From an uncultured Clostridia bacterium (GTDB lineage: Bacteria > Bacillota > Clostridia > Christensenellales > CAG-314): DNA of 64,000 bases. The position numbers and the translations under genes were made by a program. The stretch covers positions 29,119 to 93,118 of the forward strand of contig CANRFV010000006.1 in NCBI GenBank assembly GCA_947629985.1, written 5' to 3'. Positions 9,061 to 17,499 of this stretch are shown one piece after another; within the stretch, counting starts at the first letter, position 1; the number at the start of each line of letters is the position of its first letter. A model generated the notes under the pieces. It was not told where the DNA came from. It searched no databases and saw nothing but the letters and a program-made list of their open reading frames with translations.

Positions 9061-9753
9061 ATGAAACTTAACAGATTTAAGGAAATTGCTCTTGACGGAA
9101 CGGTACGGCAAAACCCGACTTTCCGTCTGGTATTGGGCACATGCCCGACTTTGGCGCTTACTACCGCGGCAATAAGTTGTCTCGGTATGGGCGCGGCGGT
9201 TACGTTCGTATTGGTGTTCAGCAACATAATCATCTCGCTGTTGCGCAACATCATTCCCGACAAGGTGCGTATACCTTGCTTTATCGTAATTATCGCAACG
9301 TTTGTTACGCTTGTGCGTATGTTCCTTGTGGCATTTTTGCCGGATTTGAACGACAGTTTGGGTATGTTTTTGCCGCTGATCGTAGTAAACTGCATCATTT
9401 TGGGACGTGCGGAAAGTTTTGCCAGCCACAATCCCGTTTTGGATTCGGCATGCGACGGCTTGTTTATGGGGCTGGGCTTTACCGTGGCTATCACGCTTAT
9501 GGGAATTGTACGCGAAGTGCTTGGCAAAGGCCAACTGTTCGGCGTGGAATTGTGGGATTTCAAAATAGGCTTTTTTGAAAATTCCGCAGGCGCGTTTTTA
9601 ACATTCGGCTTGTTTATTGCAATATTCAACCTGTGCTACAACGCAGTTGAACGCAAACTCAGACACAAGGCAGCCCACAAGACCGCTGCAATAGCGGAAA
9701 ATACGACCGAGATCCCGACAACGGAAACCGCGTCTCAATCGAAGGAGGCTTAA
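9061..9753 (+). CDS. rnfE: Rnf complex subunit E
   Basis: RnfE/NqrD-type polytopic protein (LVLGTCPTLA, LPLIVVNCIILGRAE). Confidence 0.92.
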   Translation: MKLNRFKEIALDGTVRQNPTFRLVLGTCPTLALTTAAISCLGMGAAVTFVLVFSNIIISLLRNIIPDKVRIPCFIVIIATFVTLVRMFLVAFLPDLNDSLGMFLPLIVVNCIILGRAESFASHNPVLDSACDGLFMGLGFTVAITLMGIVREVLGKGQLFGVELWDFKIGFFENSAGAFLTFGLFIAIFNLCYNAVERKLRHKAAHKTAAIAENTTEIPTTETASQSKEA

Positions 9754-9754
9754 T

Positions 9755-10393
9755 ATGGATATTTTGGGAATTATAGTTGCCGCACTTTTCTCGCAGAACT
9801 TTGTATTATCTAAATTTTTGGGTATTTGCCCGTTTTTGGGCGTGTCCAAAAAGGTAAATTCGGCGTTGGGTATGGGTATAGCCGTAACGGCGGTAATGGT
9901 AATTACTTGCGCGGTTACCTACCCGATATACGTATTTTTGCTTGTACCTTTGGGCTTGGAATATCTGGAAATTTTGATATTCATTTTGGTAATTGCGTCG
10001 TTGGTGCAGATACTTGAAATGGTACTTAAAAAATTCAGCCCCGGTTTGTATTCCGCAATGGGAATTTACCTTCCCTTGGTTACCACAAACTGCGCCATTC
10101 TCGGCGTTGCCGAATTGGTAATTTCGCAAGTAAACGGAGACAAGGGTATGTTCCATTTTGCCGATTTTGTTTTCGGCAAAGTAGTTAACGAGTGGTTTGA
10201 TTTCTCATACGGAGCGGCGGTATTGTCCGGTATCTTTTACGGATTGGGCTTTACGCTCGCAATAGTGTTGCTTGCGGGTCTGCGCCAAAAGGTAGACAAA
10301 CTCAACGTTGCCAAACCTTTGCGCGGGTTCCCCATTACAATGCTTACGGCTTGCTTTATGGCAATGGCGTTTTATGTGTTTGCGTCTATTTAA
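9755..10393 (+). CDS. rnfA: Rnf complex subunit A
   Basis: RnfA/NqrE-type polytopic protein (LGICPFLGVS, YLPLVTTNCAILGVA). Confidence 0.92.
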   Translation: MDILGIIVAALFSQNFVLSKFLGICPFLGVSKKVNSALGMGIAVTAVMVITCAVTYPIYVFLLVPLGLEYLEILIFILVIASLVQILEMVLKKFSPGLYSAMGIYLPLVTTNCAILGVAELVISQVNGDKGMFHFADFVFGKVVNEWFDFSYGAAVLSGIFYGLGFTLAIVLLAGLRQKVDKLNVAKPLRGFPITMLTACFMAMAFYVFASI

Positions 10394-10405
10394 GGAGGAT
10401 CTACC

Positions 10406-11281
10406 GTGAAAGCATTATTAATGATCGGTCGTGAGATACAGTGGGGCAATATTGGTATTGCAATAGCCATAATAGCGGGCGTTTCGCTTGTGTTGGCTGC
10501 GCTTATATTGCTTATCAACCGTTTTTGTCAGGTAAAGGAAGACCCCCGCATAAAAGAAGTTACCCAATGTCTTGCCGGCGCCAATTGCGGCGCGTGCGGT
10601 TATCCCGGGTGCAGCGGCTTTGCCAAAGCGTTGGTAGAAGGCAAGGCGTCGCTTGATTCCTGCGGACAAACCCCCACAGACAAGCGTATAGAAATTTCCA
10701 ACATTTTGGGCATTGCCGTACAGGGCAATACCGAACCTACCGTTGCGGTAGTTGCGTGCTGCGGCGGCAACAAATGTCGCGACAAGTACGAATATCAGGG
10801 TTACGGCAACTGCGTAAGTCAAAACTTGCTTGCAGGCGGCCGCAAGGCTTGCCGGGTGGGTTGTATGGGCAGCGGCAGTTGTGTGGACGCCTGTCCGTAC
10901 AGCGCAATACAATGCAGCGAAGGCTACGCCCATGTAGATCCCGATTTGTGCCGCAGTTGCGGTTTGTGCATACAAACCTGCCCCAAAAAACTCATCAAAC
11001 GCGTGCCCGTATCCGCCAAGGTGTATGTGGCGTGTTCTACGGAGTGCCGCGGCAAGGACGTTATGAGCAACTGTCAGGCGGGTTGCATAGCCTGCGGCAA
11101 GTGCGAGCGCAACTGTCCTTCGGGCGCAATACACCTTGTAAACAACGTGCCCATCATCGATTACAGCAAATGCACGTCGTGCGGCAAGTGTTTGGAAGGC
11201 TGTCCGCGTAAATGTATCAAATACATTCATTCGCAGGACGCCCAAGCGGCAAGCGCCGAACAGCCCGCGCAAAACGCGTAA
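10406..11281 (+). CDS. rnfB: Rnf complex subunit B (polyferredoxin)
   Basis: N-terminal membrane anchor. CGACGYPGCSGFA cluster plus several CxxCxxCxxxCP motifs. GTG start behind GGAGGA. Confidence 0.9.
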   Translation: MKALLMIGREIQWGNIGIAIAIIAGVSLVLAALILLINRFCQVKEDPRIKEVTQCLAGANCGACGYPGCSGFAKALVEGKASLDSCGQTPTDKRIEISNILGIAVQGNTEPTVAVVACCGGNKCRDKYEYQGYGNCVSQNLLAGGRKACRVGCMGSGSCVDACPYSAIQCSEGYAHVDPDLCRSCGLCIQTCPKKLIKRVPVSAKVYVACSTECRGKDVMSNCQAGCIACGKCERNCPSGAIHLVNNVPIIDYSKCTSCGKCLEGCPRKCIKYIHSQDAQAASAEQPAQNA

Positions 11282-11344
11282 CTTTTGCAATGCAAATGCC
11301 GCGTAGCGTAATTTTGCTTGCTAATAATTAAATTTTATATTATC

Positions 11345-11389
11345 GAAATAAATATTGCCGAAAAGTTATTTTTCGGCAATGTTTTTTTA
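11345..11389 (+). terminator. intrinsic terminator after rnfB (same module as 3086-3128)
   Basis: ATTGCCGAAAA-GTTA-TTTTTCGGCAAT followed by GTTTTTTT. Confidence 0.8.
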
Positions 11390-11586
11390 TACTCAAAAAT
11401 ATCAAAATAACCGCCGTCCCGCAACTATGTTTTTTGCACTGAATATTCAAAACAAGCAACGCTGTAACTATGATTTTTTATTACTCCTGATATTCAAATA
11501 AAACGTGCCGTAACCGTACTTTTTATTACTTAAAAATATCCCTGACCGTCAACGCCTTAACTGTTTGCGCAAGCGAGCGATCTCAC
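11388..11586 (+). repeat. four degenerate tandem repeats of about 45-55 bp
   Basis: Units end at 11440 (GCACT), 11485 (ATTACT), 11530 (ATTACT) and 11586 (TCTCACT). Shared core ATATTCAAAAYAA..CG..GTAAC..TTTTT. Confidence 0.65.
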
Positions 11587-11653
11587 TCGTCGTAAGGCAA
11601 ACGGTTGCCTGACGGCAAAAAATACCGAGTTGTTGTCAAACGGCGCAGTTATG

Positions 11654-11682
11654 TTTGCATTTTGCAAAAAATGTGGTAAAAT
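11654..11682 (+). promoter_or_regulatory. sigma-A-type promoter upstream of the HD-domain gene
   Basis: TTTGCA, 17-nt spacer, TGgTAAAAT (extended -10). Confidence 0.55.
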
Positions 11683-11710
11683 GTAAATAATTTTACATAG
11701 GAGCGTTGTT

Positions 11711-12286
11711 ATGTACAAATTTTTCGCGTATCTTAACAGAATGAAATATATCAACAGGTGGGGGCTTATGCATTCCAACGTCAACGAAAACATTATGGAA
11801 CACAGTCAACAGGTGGCGGTAATAGCGCACGCTTTGGCAACCATTTCCAATGTGTATTTCGGCGGACATCTCGACGCCAACAGCATTGCCGTCAAGGCGC
11901 TTTTGCACGAGACTAGCGAAGTGCTTACGGGCGATTTGCCCACGCCCATCAAATATTTCAACCCCGCCATACGCGATTCGTACAAGGCGTTGGAGCAATA
12001 TTCCAACGACAGATTGCTGACGCATCTTCCAAGCGAACTTTCAGCCGAGTACGCTAAAATAATAAATGACAACACAAGCGAAGAGCATGCTTTTGTAAAA
12101 TACGCGGACAAAATTTGCGCGTATATCAAGTGTCTGGACGAAGTAAAAATGAGCAACTCGGAGTTTTTCCGGGCGGAAAAGACAATTTACGACGAAATAC
12201 GCGCCTATCGCCGCCCCGAAGTCGATTACTTTATGGACAACTTTATTCAGGCATATCGTCTTACCTTGGACGAATTGGAAGAATGA
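11711..12286 (+). CDS. yfbR: HD-domain 5'-deoxynucleotidase (YfbR-like)
   Basis: MEHSQQVAVIAHAL...LHETSEVLTGDLPTPIK matches the YfbR-type HD phosphohydrolase pattern. 191 aa. Confidence 0.8.
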   Translation: MYKFFAYLNRMKYINRWGLMHSNVNENIMEHSQQVAVIAHALATISNVYFGGHLDANSIAVKALLHETSEVLTGDLPTPIKYFNPAIRDSYKALEQYSNDRLLTHLPSELSAEYAKIINDNTSEEHAFVKYADKICAYIKCLDEVKMSNSEFFRAEKTIYDEIRAYRRPEVDYFMDNFIQAYRLTLDELEE

Positions 12287-13044
12287 TCATACGTTTTTGC
12301 GACGTAACGCTAAGGTATCCCTACGAAGAATGGGACTTGCTCAAATCGGTTTCGTTTACGCTTACCGAAGGCGTAAATACCGTGCTGTGCGACGTGCAAA
12401 GCGGCAAAACTTCTCTTTGCCGACTGCTGTGCAAGCAAATAAAGCCCACATTCGGCAGTATTACGGTGGACGGCTTGGATATTTCGAGTATCTCAAACGA
12501 ACACTTGGGCATACTTTATTTACCGAGTAAGTCTGCGTTTTTTTACAATCGCAGCGTGCGTTACAACATCGAATATCCGCTTGCCGTGCGCAAAACGGAC
12601 AAAAAATCGCGTGCAAACAAGGCAAACGAAGTTGCCGCGGCGTTGCAAATAGGCGATATTTCGGCAAAAATGCGCACGCTTTCCGCAAGCGAACGCAATT
12701 CGGTGGCATTGGCGCGCGGTTTGACTGTATCTCGGCGCGCGGTAATATTCGACGACTTTTTCAACGCCGAAATACTTTCGCCCGACGGTACGGCTCGTCC
12801 TGCATGCGCCTTGGGCTATGTAAACGGCAATACCGACGGCAATGCGTGCAGACTTGTTGCCGCAGACGAAATATTTGCAATGTTCGGCGGCGCAACTATC
12901 GTAAACGTAACAAGCGACGTGCGGCAAGCCGCAGGCAACACCGTTGTATTGGACGGCGGCAGTGTGGCGTATTGCGGCGACAGTGCGGGCGCCGTGCAAT
13001 GTGTAAGCAAGTTAAATTGGTTGGTAAATCAATTTGGGAGTTAA
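12283..13044 (+). CDS. ABC-ATPase-like protein with degenerate catalytic motifs
   Basis: ATGA start/stop overlap with the upstream gene. Walker A is CDVQSGKTS (first Gly lost). The signature is LSASER instead of LSGGQ. Walker B is VIFDD. No adjacent permease. Confidence 0.6.
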   Translation: MIIRFCDVTLRYPYEEWDLLKSVSFTLTEGVNTVLCDVQSGKTSLCRLLCKQIKPTFGSITVDGLDISSISNEHLGILYLPSKSAFFYNRSVRYNIEYPLAVRKTDKKSRANKANEVAAALQIGDISAKMRTLSASERNSVALARGLTVSRRAVIFDDFFNAEILSPDGTARPACALGYVNGNTDGNACRLVAADEIFAMFGGATIVNVTSDVRQAAGNTVVLDGGSVAYCGDSAGAVQCVSKLNWLVNQFGS

Positions 13045-13046
13045 TT

Positions 13047-14663
13047 ATGGCAGATAACAGAGATTTTTTCGATGAAGAATACGACAAACAAACGCAGCGG
13101 GAAGAAACGCGTCGTCAAACCGAATTCGACAGTTGGAACAGTCAGCCTTCGCCGCAGCCGGTGCAAAGCAAAGGTCGCCGCGCGCTGCTTATCAGCGTAA
13201 TATGCGTAGGTTTGGTTTTGTGTATAGTTTTGGGTTGGGTGCTGTGCAGTATATTTACCAACCAAACCGAAACCAACAGCGTTGACGCGTCCGAATTCGG
13301 CGGAGTAATGACCGACGAGATAATCCGGTTTGTAAAGGAAAATTACTTTCAGGATATAAGCGACGAGCAGTGGACGCAAGCCGTCGAAGCGTCGGGCACG
13401 GCGTTGTTGCAATCGCTGGGCGAGCCGTACGCCGATTATTACAGCCACATTATGTCTCCGCAGACGTATTACGATTTTATCCACCCCCAGCCCACGATAG
13501 GCTCTATTATCAACGAAGTGTACGGCGTGTCGTACGTGGTGGAAGAAGGGGTAGGTATGCGCGTTTCGGCTGTATCGGCAAACAGCGCGGCATACGGCAG
13601 ATTGCGCGAAAACGACATTGTTATCAAACTTACCGACATCAAAACGGCGTCAGGCACCGCTCCCCAAGTGGGCGGTTACGTATTTGACGAGATGTTGTTG
13701 TCGCAGTGGTCAAGCGCGGCAATACAGCAAGTTGTTAATATGTCCAAGAGTGCAACTTTCCACGTTTTGCGGCTTAATAACGACGGCAGTTATCAAATTA
13801 TCGACGACATAAACATTACGCGCAGCAGGTTGCAATATGTAAACAGCGACTATCCGTACGAATTTGTCGAGTTTTACTTTGGCGACGATTGCACAAATAT
13901 TTCGTTGCGCCCGTTGGGTAACGCCGCAACGTCCACCTACGAAGAACGTCATCTGGATATGTTGCCCGCCGATACGGGTTACGTGCGCCTTGTGGAATTT
14001 ATGTCTTATATGGGCGTTGACAAAGAAATAACCGCCGCAGACGAATTTGCCGAGGTAATGGGCTTGTTCAAAGAGCGCAATCTCAAACACCTTGTTTTGG
14101 ATCTGCGCGGCAATCCGGGCGGCAACGTAGACGTGGTAAGCGACATTGCGGGTATGCTCATCAACGACAACCACCTTACCGAAGCGCAAAAAACTCAACT
14201 GTCAACGGGCACGAGCGTCGTGCAATATCTTATTACCACACTGGACTATACCAAACAAAACACAGCCTATCCCAAATATCGTACTCTCACTTACAACGAT
14301 TATTTCCCCGCGGAAGAAAACGGCAAGTGCAACATAGCGGTGTGGACGGACGAAAACAGCGCCAGCGCCAGCGAATTGCTTACGGGCGCATTGCGCGACT
14401 ACGGCACGGCGGTGCAAATGGGCACAACGACTTACGGCAAGGGTATCGCCCAAACCTGGACGACGCTGCCCTTTACGGGAACGGCCGTTACCGCCACGGG
14501 ACAAACCGTACAGAGTAATTGGGCAATTTACTTTACTTGCGCAAGTTACTATTCGCCGTTAGGCACAAATATTCACGGCGTGGGCTACACCCCCGACGCG
14601 CAGTACGACGGACTTACCGAATACGAACAACTGTGGCAAGCCGTCAATAACTATTGGAAATAG
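13047..14663 (+). CDS. S41-family C-terminal processing peptidase, membrane anchored
   Basis: N-terminal TM helix (ALLISVICVGLVLCIVLGWVL). LDLRGNPGGNVD and NSASASELLTGAL...YGKGIAQ motifs. ATG 13047 behind GGGAG. Confidence 0.9.
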   Translation: MADNRDFFDEEYDKQTQREETRRQTEFDSWNSQPSPQPVQSKGRRALLISVICVGLVLCIVLGWVLCSIFTNQTETNSVDASEFGGVMTDEIIRFVKENYFQDISDEQWTQAVEASGTALLQSLGEPYADYYSHIMSPQTYYDFIHPQPTIGSIINEVYGVSYVVEEGVGMRVSAVSANSAAYGRLRENDIVIKLTDIKTASGTAPQVGGYVFDEMLLSQWSSAAIQQVVNMSKSATFHVLRLNNDGSYQIIDDINITRSRLQYVNSDYPYEFVEFYFGDDCTNISLRPLGNAATSTYEERHLDMLPADTGYVRLVEFMSYMGVDKEITAADEFAEVMGLFKERNLKHLVLDLRGNPGGNVDVVSDIAGMLINDNHLTEAQKTQLSTGTSVVQYLITTLDYTKQNTAYPKYRTLTYNDYFPAEENGKCNIAVWTDENSASASELLTGALRDYGTAVQMGTTTYGKGIAQTWTTLPFTGTAVTATGQTVQSNWAIYFTCASYYSPLGTNIHGVGYTPDAQYDGLTEYEQLWQAVNNYWK

Positions 14664-14819
14664 CGGCAGGCATTGCCGTCTTGGCGCACACTAACAGCGT
14701 TTTGTTACCGTGTACGCTCTGTGCGCTTTTGCGGCGAACGCGCGAGTGCGCTAAATTGCACGCAATGCGTGCGTATCGGTATGGTAAACTCTCATTTTGC
14801 GCGCCCAAACAAATAATAT

Positions 14820-14863
14820 GCCCTTCAAAGTCGGCTTTTACAAGCGCTTTGAAGGGCTTTTTA
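14820..14863. terminator. intrinsic terminator in the gene-free tract between the convergent S41 peptidase gene and the 15110-15619 gene
   Basis: GCCCTTCAAAG...CTTTGAAGGGC followed by TTTTTAT. The upstream side is A/T-rich, so it may work in both directions. Confidence 0.7.
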
Positions 14864-15109
14864 TATAATTTTGTAAAGTCTTTCGCTGCAACGGCGCTAT
14901 ACCGCACGCGCAATCGGCCAAAAAATATCGGTGTTGTGTACGTGTGCGCTCGCTCGCAAATATGTTGCGCAACGGGTTTTTGTTATTACAAGTATACAAA
15001 AATTCGGTAGTGTGGTCTTGTGCCGTCGTGCGATGTAATATCCGCCAAGTCGGCACAATCGCATTACCGTCCCTTGCGCATACAAACAAGCGCGGTGGCG
15101 TACTTGTTA

Positions 15110-15619
15110 TCAACTCAAATACCAATTGTCGTAAAACCAATACAGTTTGTGCTTAATTTCGGCGTCGGCAATGTTGTCTATCGGGCGGAAAAACTCCCTT
15201 GACGCCTGCGACGGCGTTTCAAAAGCGTAACCTTCGTCGTTTGTAAACGTATTTTCGCTCTTTTGCCGCGTTTGCGATTGATTGTCGCTGTCGGGCGCGG
15301 CGGAAGCGCCTTTTGCGCCGCTTTGTTCGGTAGGTTGTTCGGCGGCACTGCCTTTATTTGTGCCGAATATGCCGTTTGCGATATTCATTACCGCCGGGTT
15401 GGACATCATTTGAAATATCGCGCCCATCTTGTCCTCGCCCGAACAGGCTTTGTCCGACAGTTTGTTTACACATTCGAGCAGATTTTTCGTGTCGTCGGAC
15501 AAAAATTGCGACAGTCCGTCGGTATCGGGGCGGGGCGCGGCGTTTTGCCGACTGCCGTTGCCGCTTAATAATTGCCACACAAGCAAAGCCAACGCCACGG
15601 TAGACAAATTCACAACCAC
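15110..15619 (-). CDS. hypothetical protein with N-terminal hydrophobic segment
   Basis: 169-aa ORF. Start is ambiguous: GTG 15619, or GTG 15613 which is better spaced from GGGGG. Polar low-complexity middle. No family recognised. Confidence 0.5.
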   Translation of the reverse strand: MVVNLSTVALALLVWQLLSGNGSRQNAAPRPDTDGLSQFLSDDTKNLLECVNKLSDKACSGEDKMGAIFQMMSNPAVMNIANGIFGTNKGSAAEQPTEQSGAKGASAAPDSDNQSQTRQKSENTFTNDEGYAFETPSQASREFFRPIDNIADAEIKHKLYWFYDNWYLS

Positions 15620-15700
15620 ACCCCCGTTTTTAAGTAATCAATACATTATATGCCGACATATAATTTATAGTAACCAACAATTTTAAGGAGAACATTTTAT

Positions 15701-16081
15701 ATGTCAGACAGTCAGGATCCGCGCAATATATTCGTCAACCGCCGTCGGCAATATACCCAACCGCACCCTTCCGATGCGCCAACCGACAAACGCAACGCAA
15801 CGGAAAGCGGCGCGCAACGTCCGCAGACGGGCGCGCAACAATCTGCCGAGCAGGATTATCAACGCAAGGTAGACGAGATGAAACGCCTTGCCGCCAAATA
15901 CGAACGTCAGGGCGAAGGGCAACTTGTAAAAGATATCGTCAACAACGTAATAGAGCAAAAGGCGCGCGGCAATCTTACCAACGAGCAACTTATTGCCTTT
16001 GCCAACAGAGTGTCGCCGTTACTCAACGACGAACAGCGCGGCAGATTGCAGGGGCTGTTGCAACAGTTGCTCAAATTGTAA
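15701..16081 (+). CDS. hypothetical protein (126 aa)
   Basis: ATG behind AAGGAG. Disordered polar N-terminal half and helical C-terminal half. No family recognised. Confidence 0.5.
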   Translation: MSDSQDPRNIFVNRRRQYTQPHPSDAPTDKRNATESGAQRPQTGAQQSAEQDYQRKVDEMKRLAAKYERQGEGQLVKDIVNNVIEQKARGNLTNEQLIAFANRVSPLLNDEQRGRLQGLLQQLLKL

Positions 16082-16142
16082 CGTCGGGGCTGTGCGTAGC
16101 GTTACCCCAACTGATATTCGCTTGCGCAATTGCGCAGACAGC

Positions 16143-16181
16143 AAAAAAAATCCATATGCAGTAGCATACGGATATTTTTTT
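16143..16181. terminator. bidirectional terminator between convergent genes
   Basis: A8-TCCATATGC-AGTA-GCATACGGA-TATTTTTTT. Confidence 0.7.
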
Positions 16182-16223
16182 GCACCGAATGTTCAATTGT
16201 TTCTTGCGTTAAGCCCGCCGTTG

Positions 16224-17396
16224 TTATTGTCCGTCGGTTATGTGCAAAACGTAAAATTTAAGGTAGCGCGTTTCGTCGGCGGAAAGCAAAGCGGGGTGGT
16301 CGGGCGCTTGCGAACGTATTTCCACGCATTTAACGCGTCGTTTGCTGCGTTTGGCAACGCCGTAAAGCATCTTTTCAAAGGCTTGGGCGGAAACGTGGTG
16401 CGAGCAAGAGCAGGTTACAAGATAGCCGCCGTTTTTTACGCAGCGCATGCCCAGCGCGTTGATATCGGCATATCCGCGCAAAGCGTCGTTTACCGTATCG
16501 GCGCTTTTTGTAAAAGCCGGCGGGTCGAGTATTACGCAATCGAATTGCCGCCCCTGCTTGCAATAGTCGCGCAGCGCTTCGAATGCGTCGCCGCACACGG
16601 TGGTTATGTTGTCCATTCCGTTAAGTTGCGCGTTGCGTCGCACGTTGTCCAATGCGCGTTCGGACGCGTCGAGCGCGGTAACGCTTTGTGCCGAAAGCGC
16701 GCAGTTCAGCGAAAATCCGCCGCTGTTGCAAAAGCAATCCAACACGTCGCCCTTGGCATAACGCCTGACGGCAAAGCGGTTTTCCTTTTGATCGAGAAAA
16801 TATCCCGTTTTTTGCCCGTTGTACACATCTACAAGCATTTTTAAGCCGTTTTCGCAAATTTCTATCCACTGCGGCACTTCGCCGTACAGTACTCCCGTCT
16901 GTTCAGGCAATCCTTCCTTTTGACGGACAGCAACGTCGGAGCGTTCGTATATTCCCTTGGGGGCAAATTCCTTTACCAGCGCGTTGACAACGGCGTTTTT
17001 GTGCAGGTACATACCAAGCGACAGTATCTGCACCGACAGGTAATCGCCGTATTTGTCCGCAACCAGCGCGGGCAGGTTGTCCGCTTCGGCAAATACCGCG
17101 CGGTAGCAGTTGTCGTAACCGAGATCTTTGCGCAGCATATTCGCCTCGTGTATCCGTTCGGCAATTATTTCGTCTACGTCGCTGCGTTGGTCGCGAATAA
17201 ATATGCGCACCAATATCTTGGACGCGTGGTTTACAAACCCTTTGCCTATGTACTTGCCGTCGTAGGTGTACACGGTTGCCAAACTGCCGTTTTTGTCCTT
17301 GCCATTAATTTGAGCGACTTCGTTGGCGTATACCCACGGGTGCCCGTCGATAACGTCGCGTTCTTTGCCCTTTTTGATGTAAATTTCGTATGCCAT
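16224..17396 (-). CDS. rlmI: class I SAM-dependent rRNA methyltransferase, RlmI-like (PUA plus MTase)
   Basis: MAYEIYIKKGKERDVIDGHPWVY N-terminus; VLDCFCNSGGFS and ILDPPAF SAM-MTase motifs. Start trimmed to ATG at 17396. Confidence 0.75.
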   Translation of the reverse strand: MAYEIYIKKGKERDVIDGHPWVYANEVAQINGKDKNGSLATVYTYDGKYIGKGFVNHASKILVRIFIRDQRSDVDEIIAERIHEANMLRKDLGYDNCYRAVFAEADNLPALVADKYGDYLSVQILSLGMYLHKNAVVNALVKEFAPKGIYERSDVAVRQKEGLPEQTGVLYGEVPQWIEICENGLKMLVDVYNGQKTGYFLDQKENRFAVRRYAKGDVLDCFCNSGGFSLNCALSAQSVTALDASERALDNVRRNAQLNGMDNITTVCGDAFEALRDYCKQGRQFDCVILDPPAFTKSADTVNDALRGYADINALGMRCVKNGGYLVTCSCSHHVSAQAFEKMLYGVAKRSKRRVKCVEIRSQAPDHPALLSADETRYLKFYVLHITDGQ

Positions 17397-17499
17397 ACCG
17401 ATATTATAAACAAAAATTACAATATTGTAAATGCAAAAACGACAACTTGCGCGCAAGCCGCCGTTTACAGACAAAATATGCATTATGCTACCGCGCCCA

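Noticed and set aside
12115-13044. N-terminally extended versions of several ORF-track entries (for example 12115, 12804, 16224-17678, 32047, 38900, 46390, 59272)
   Set aside because: The extensions overlap upstream genes or promoters and lack RBSs. Internal ATG or GTG starts with AGGAGG-like sites and family-typical N-termini were chosen instead.
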